The notes under the pieces were generated by a model. The model made no database searches. It saw only the letters and a program-made list of their open reading frames with translations, and was not told where the DNA came from. A stretch of DNA of 64,000 nucleotides from positions 96,001-160,000 of the forward strand of contig CAVZMH010000016.1 in the NCBI GenBank assembly GCA_963776345.1. Reading direction: 5' to 3'. Shown here piece by piece: positions 63,485-64,000 of the stretch. Every line of letters starts with the position of its first letter. The first letter of the stretch is position 1. Origin of the DNA: an uncultured delta proteobacterium. Its GTDB lineage: Bacteria > Myxococcota > Myxococcia > Myxococcales > Myxococcaceae. A program made the position numbers and the translations under genes.

Positions 63485-64000
<516 letters not shown>

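Overview
Very GC-rich chromosomal segment. Gene content and synteny (ftsB next to a TM-GAF-GAF-GGDEF cyclase, long trans-envelope MlaD, many lipoproteins) point to a Myxococcota bacterium. About 1-43 kb is mostly core or metabolic: hisS, psd, mlaEFD, alr, M16 peptidase pair, cN-II nucleotidase, dmxA-like cyclase, ftsB, fur, treS-mak-glgB, Kef antiporter and pfkA. The right end is pheS-pheT-ihfA-tRNA-Pro(GGG). About 44-60.5 kb is an accessory region ending at the tRNA 3' end, rich in exported proteins, several with sigma54-like -24/-12 promoters. The standout is an orphan gene (48590-49657, minus). It encodes two tandem T4 gp19/eCIS-type tail-tube domains behind a twin-arginine (Tat) signal peptide, with no sheath, baseplate or spike genes in the window. 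It lies downstream of a lipocalin-like lipoprotein with a near-consensus sigma54 promoter and converges on a Rickettsia-PKMT-like methyltransferase. At least ten single-base indels, some in conserved genes, look like long-read assembly errors rather than pseudogenes. All family assignments come from motif recognition by eye; no database searches were run.
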